From: Hydrolagus affinis
Lineage: Eukaryota
Direction of reading: 5' to 3'
DNA length: 64,000 bases
Assembly (NCBI GenBank): GCA_012026655.1
Contig: JAAILG010000308.1
Span: 1 to 64,000, forward strand
The position numbers and the translations under genes are program-made. Positions 62,707-64,000 of this stretch are shown one piece after another (position 1 is the first letter of the stretch; each line of letters begins with the position of its first letter). The notes under the pieces were generated by a model. That model had not been told where the DNA came from, did no database searches, and worked only from the letters and a program-made list of their open reading frames with translations.

Positions 62707-64000
62707 AGCCATAGGTGACCCAACCCCTTCCATCCCCAAAACCTGTATCTTCTCTGTGGCTACATCTCGACTTCTGTTTACAGCCTCCTTTGTAATATCA
62801 ATGTTGAGATTGGTAGCTCAAAGTGGGACGTTACTCTAGATGTTACCGTTCCATTAATTTACACACAGATAAGGTATGACCCGTAAAGGATTAAAGGCAT
62901 TACTGGGTGTTAACTGAGCTTCCCGCGGAGTGTCGGAATTAGTAAGTTAGGCTCCCATGTGGTCGTGCTTCATTGAGTTAAGAAATGACGTTCAAAAGAA
63001 GTCAAGAGAAATTAAACACACCAATACAGCATCAAGTGTACATGTGAATAAATATCATTGTTTTATTGTTAATTAAAAAAAAAAGTAATTGCAGTAGGAA
63101 CTGATGTCTGGAGGGAGTTCAATTGTGTATGACCACAGCTAAAGGATTTAAACAGTTCATTCCTGTTGAATACATTTGTGTTCAATATTCTGCAATAAGC
63201 TGGATTGTGACCCCTTTTCAGTAATCATTGACATGTTAATTAATTGGGCGCTGTGCACCTTTCTGCAAGGCATATCCAGTACAGTACTTTGTTCATTCTT
63301 ACATTCACTCTCTCGAGATAAGAATATTCTCTCCCTGTAGTGCCTGCAGTGTGCATTTCTCCCATTTTTATCTGTACCGAACAAAGTCTCTCAATTTGTT
63401 TAAAAAGCTGGTAGCATGATGTGTGTAGTTTGTTTTCAAATGCAGGGGCCCATGAGGATCTCTCTTTAGAACCAGGATCACTGTTCTTTTCATCTGAGTG
63501 ATATTGAATTTAAAACAGTTAACGGTACATTGCATTGCTAGTACAAGACTGATACAGTCGCATGCAATCTAGTATTCAGCTGCCTATGAATATAAATTAC
63601 TAGACCTCTGAACCATCTCTTTACACCTGGTTACTTCTATAATATTTAGGCCTTTAGCTACAACCTGCCAGTGGTACAATTTTAATACCTCTTTGAGGGA
63701 CTGTAAGAATAGTTTGAACCCTGTCCAGGAATAATACAATTTAAATTTTCCATTTTCTTCAAGTGTTCCCTAGAAATGGAACTGTGATCTGCAACTGGTA
63801 TTATTTCTCAGGATCAAAATTAGCTCCTCATTGCTTGAAGTATTGGAGCAATAAAAACGCAAATGTACCTAAACCAGCACTAAATGCAACGGACATTGTA
63901 CAGTAAGACCTGTTGCCTCCTCCTCTTTCACCCCCCTCTCACCTAATATCTAAAACATGTATTAATGTGATGGACTGTACTAATACAATTGCCGTGAGCA

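Noticed and set aside
49417-64000. Search for TBC1D22B exon 9 (expected EDVENFDV..EADSFWCMSKLLDGIQ-like peptide)
   Set aside because: Not found by eye. A near-match GGCATTCAA at about 60610 has an upstream in-frame stop and no acceptor. The exon is probably beyond the window; tBLASTn would settle it.

Overview
Vertebrate genomic DNA. The repeat content (tRNA-headed Deu-type SINEs, L2 and CR1 LINE fragments) points to a cartilaginous fish, probably a chimaera such as Callorhinchus; this is an inference. The window holds the CpG-rich promoter and the first 8 coding exons (+ strand, 3577-49416) of a TBC1D22B-type Rab-GAP gene. All junctions are GT-AG and phase-compatible, and both catalytic motifs (IxxDxxR, YxQ) are intact. 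I did not find exon 9 by eye before 64000, so the gene is incomplete here. The introns contain a young tRNA-derived SINE family, L2 and CR1 fragments, older Deu- and LF-SINE-like relics, three DNA-transposon MITEs and simple repeats. Most entries in the ORF track are spurious or repeat-derived. I cannot demonstrate a new biological system. The best leads are: a Penelope-type minimal hammerhead-ribozyme relic in sense orientation in intron 5; a 1.7-kb YCAY/ACUAAC-rich array right after the exon-1 donor; a minisatellite built from a SINE's own 3' tail next to the promoter; and a MITE with a nested long hairpin. Repeat family names come from remembered consensus sequences, not database searches, and repeat boundaries are approximate.
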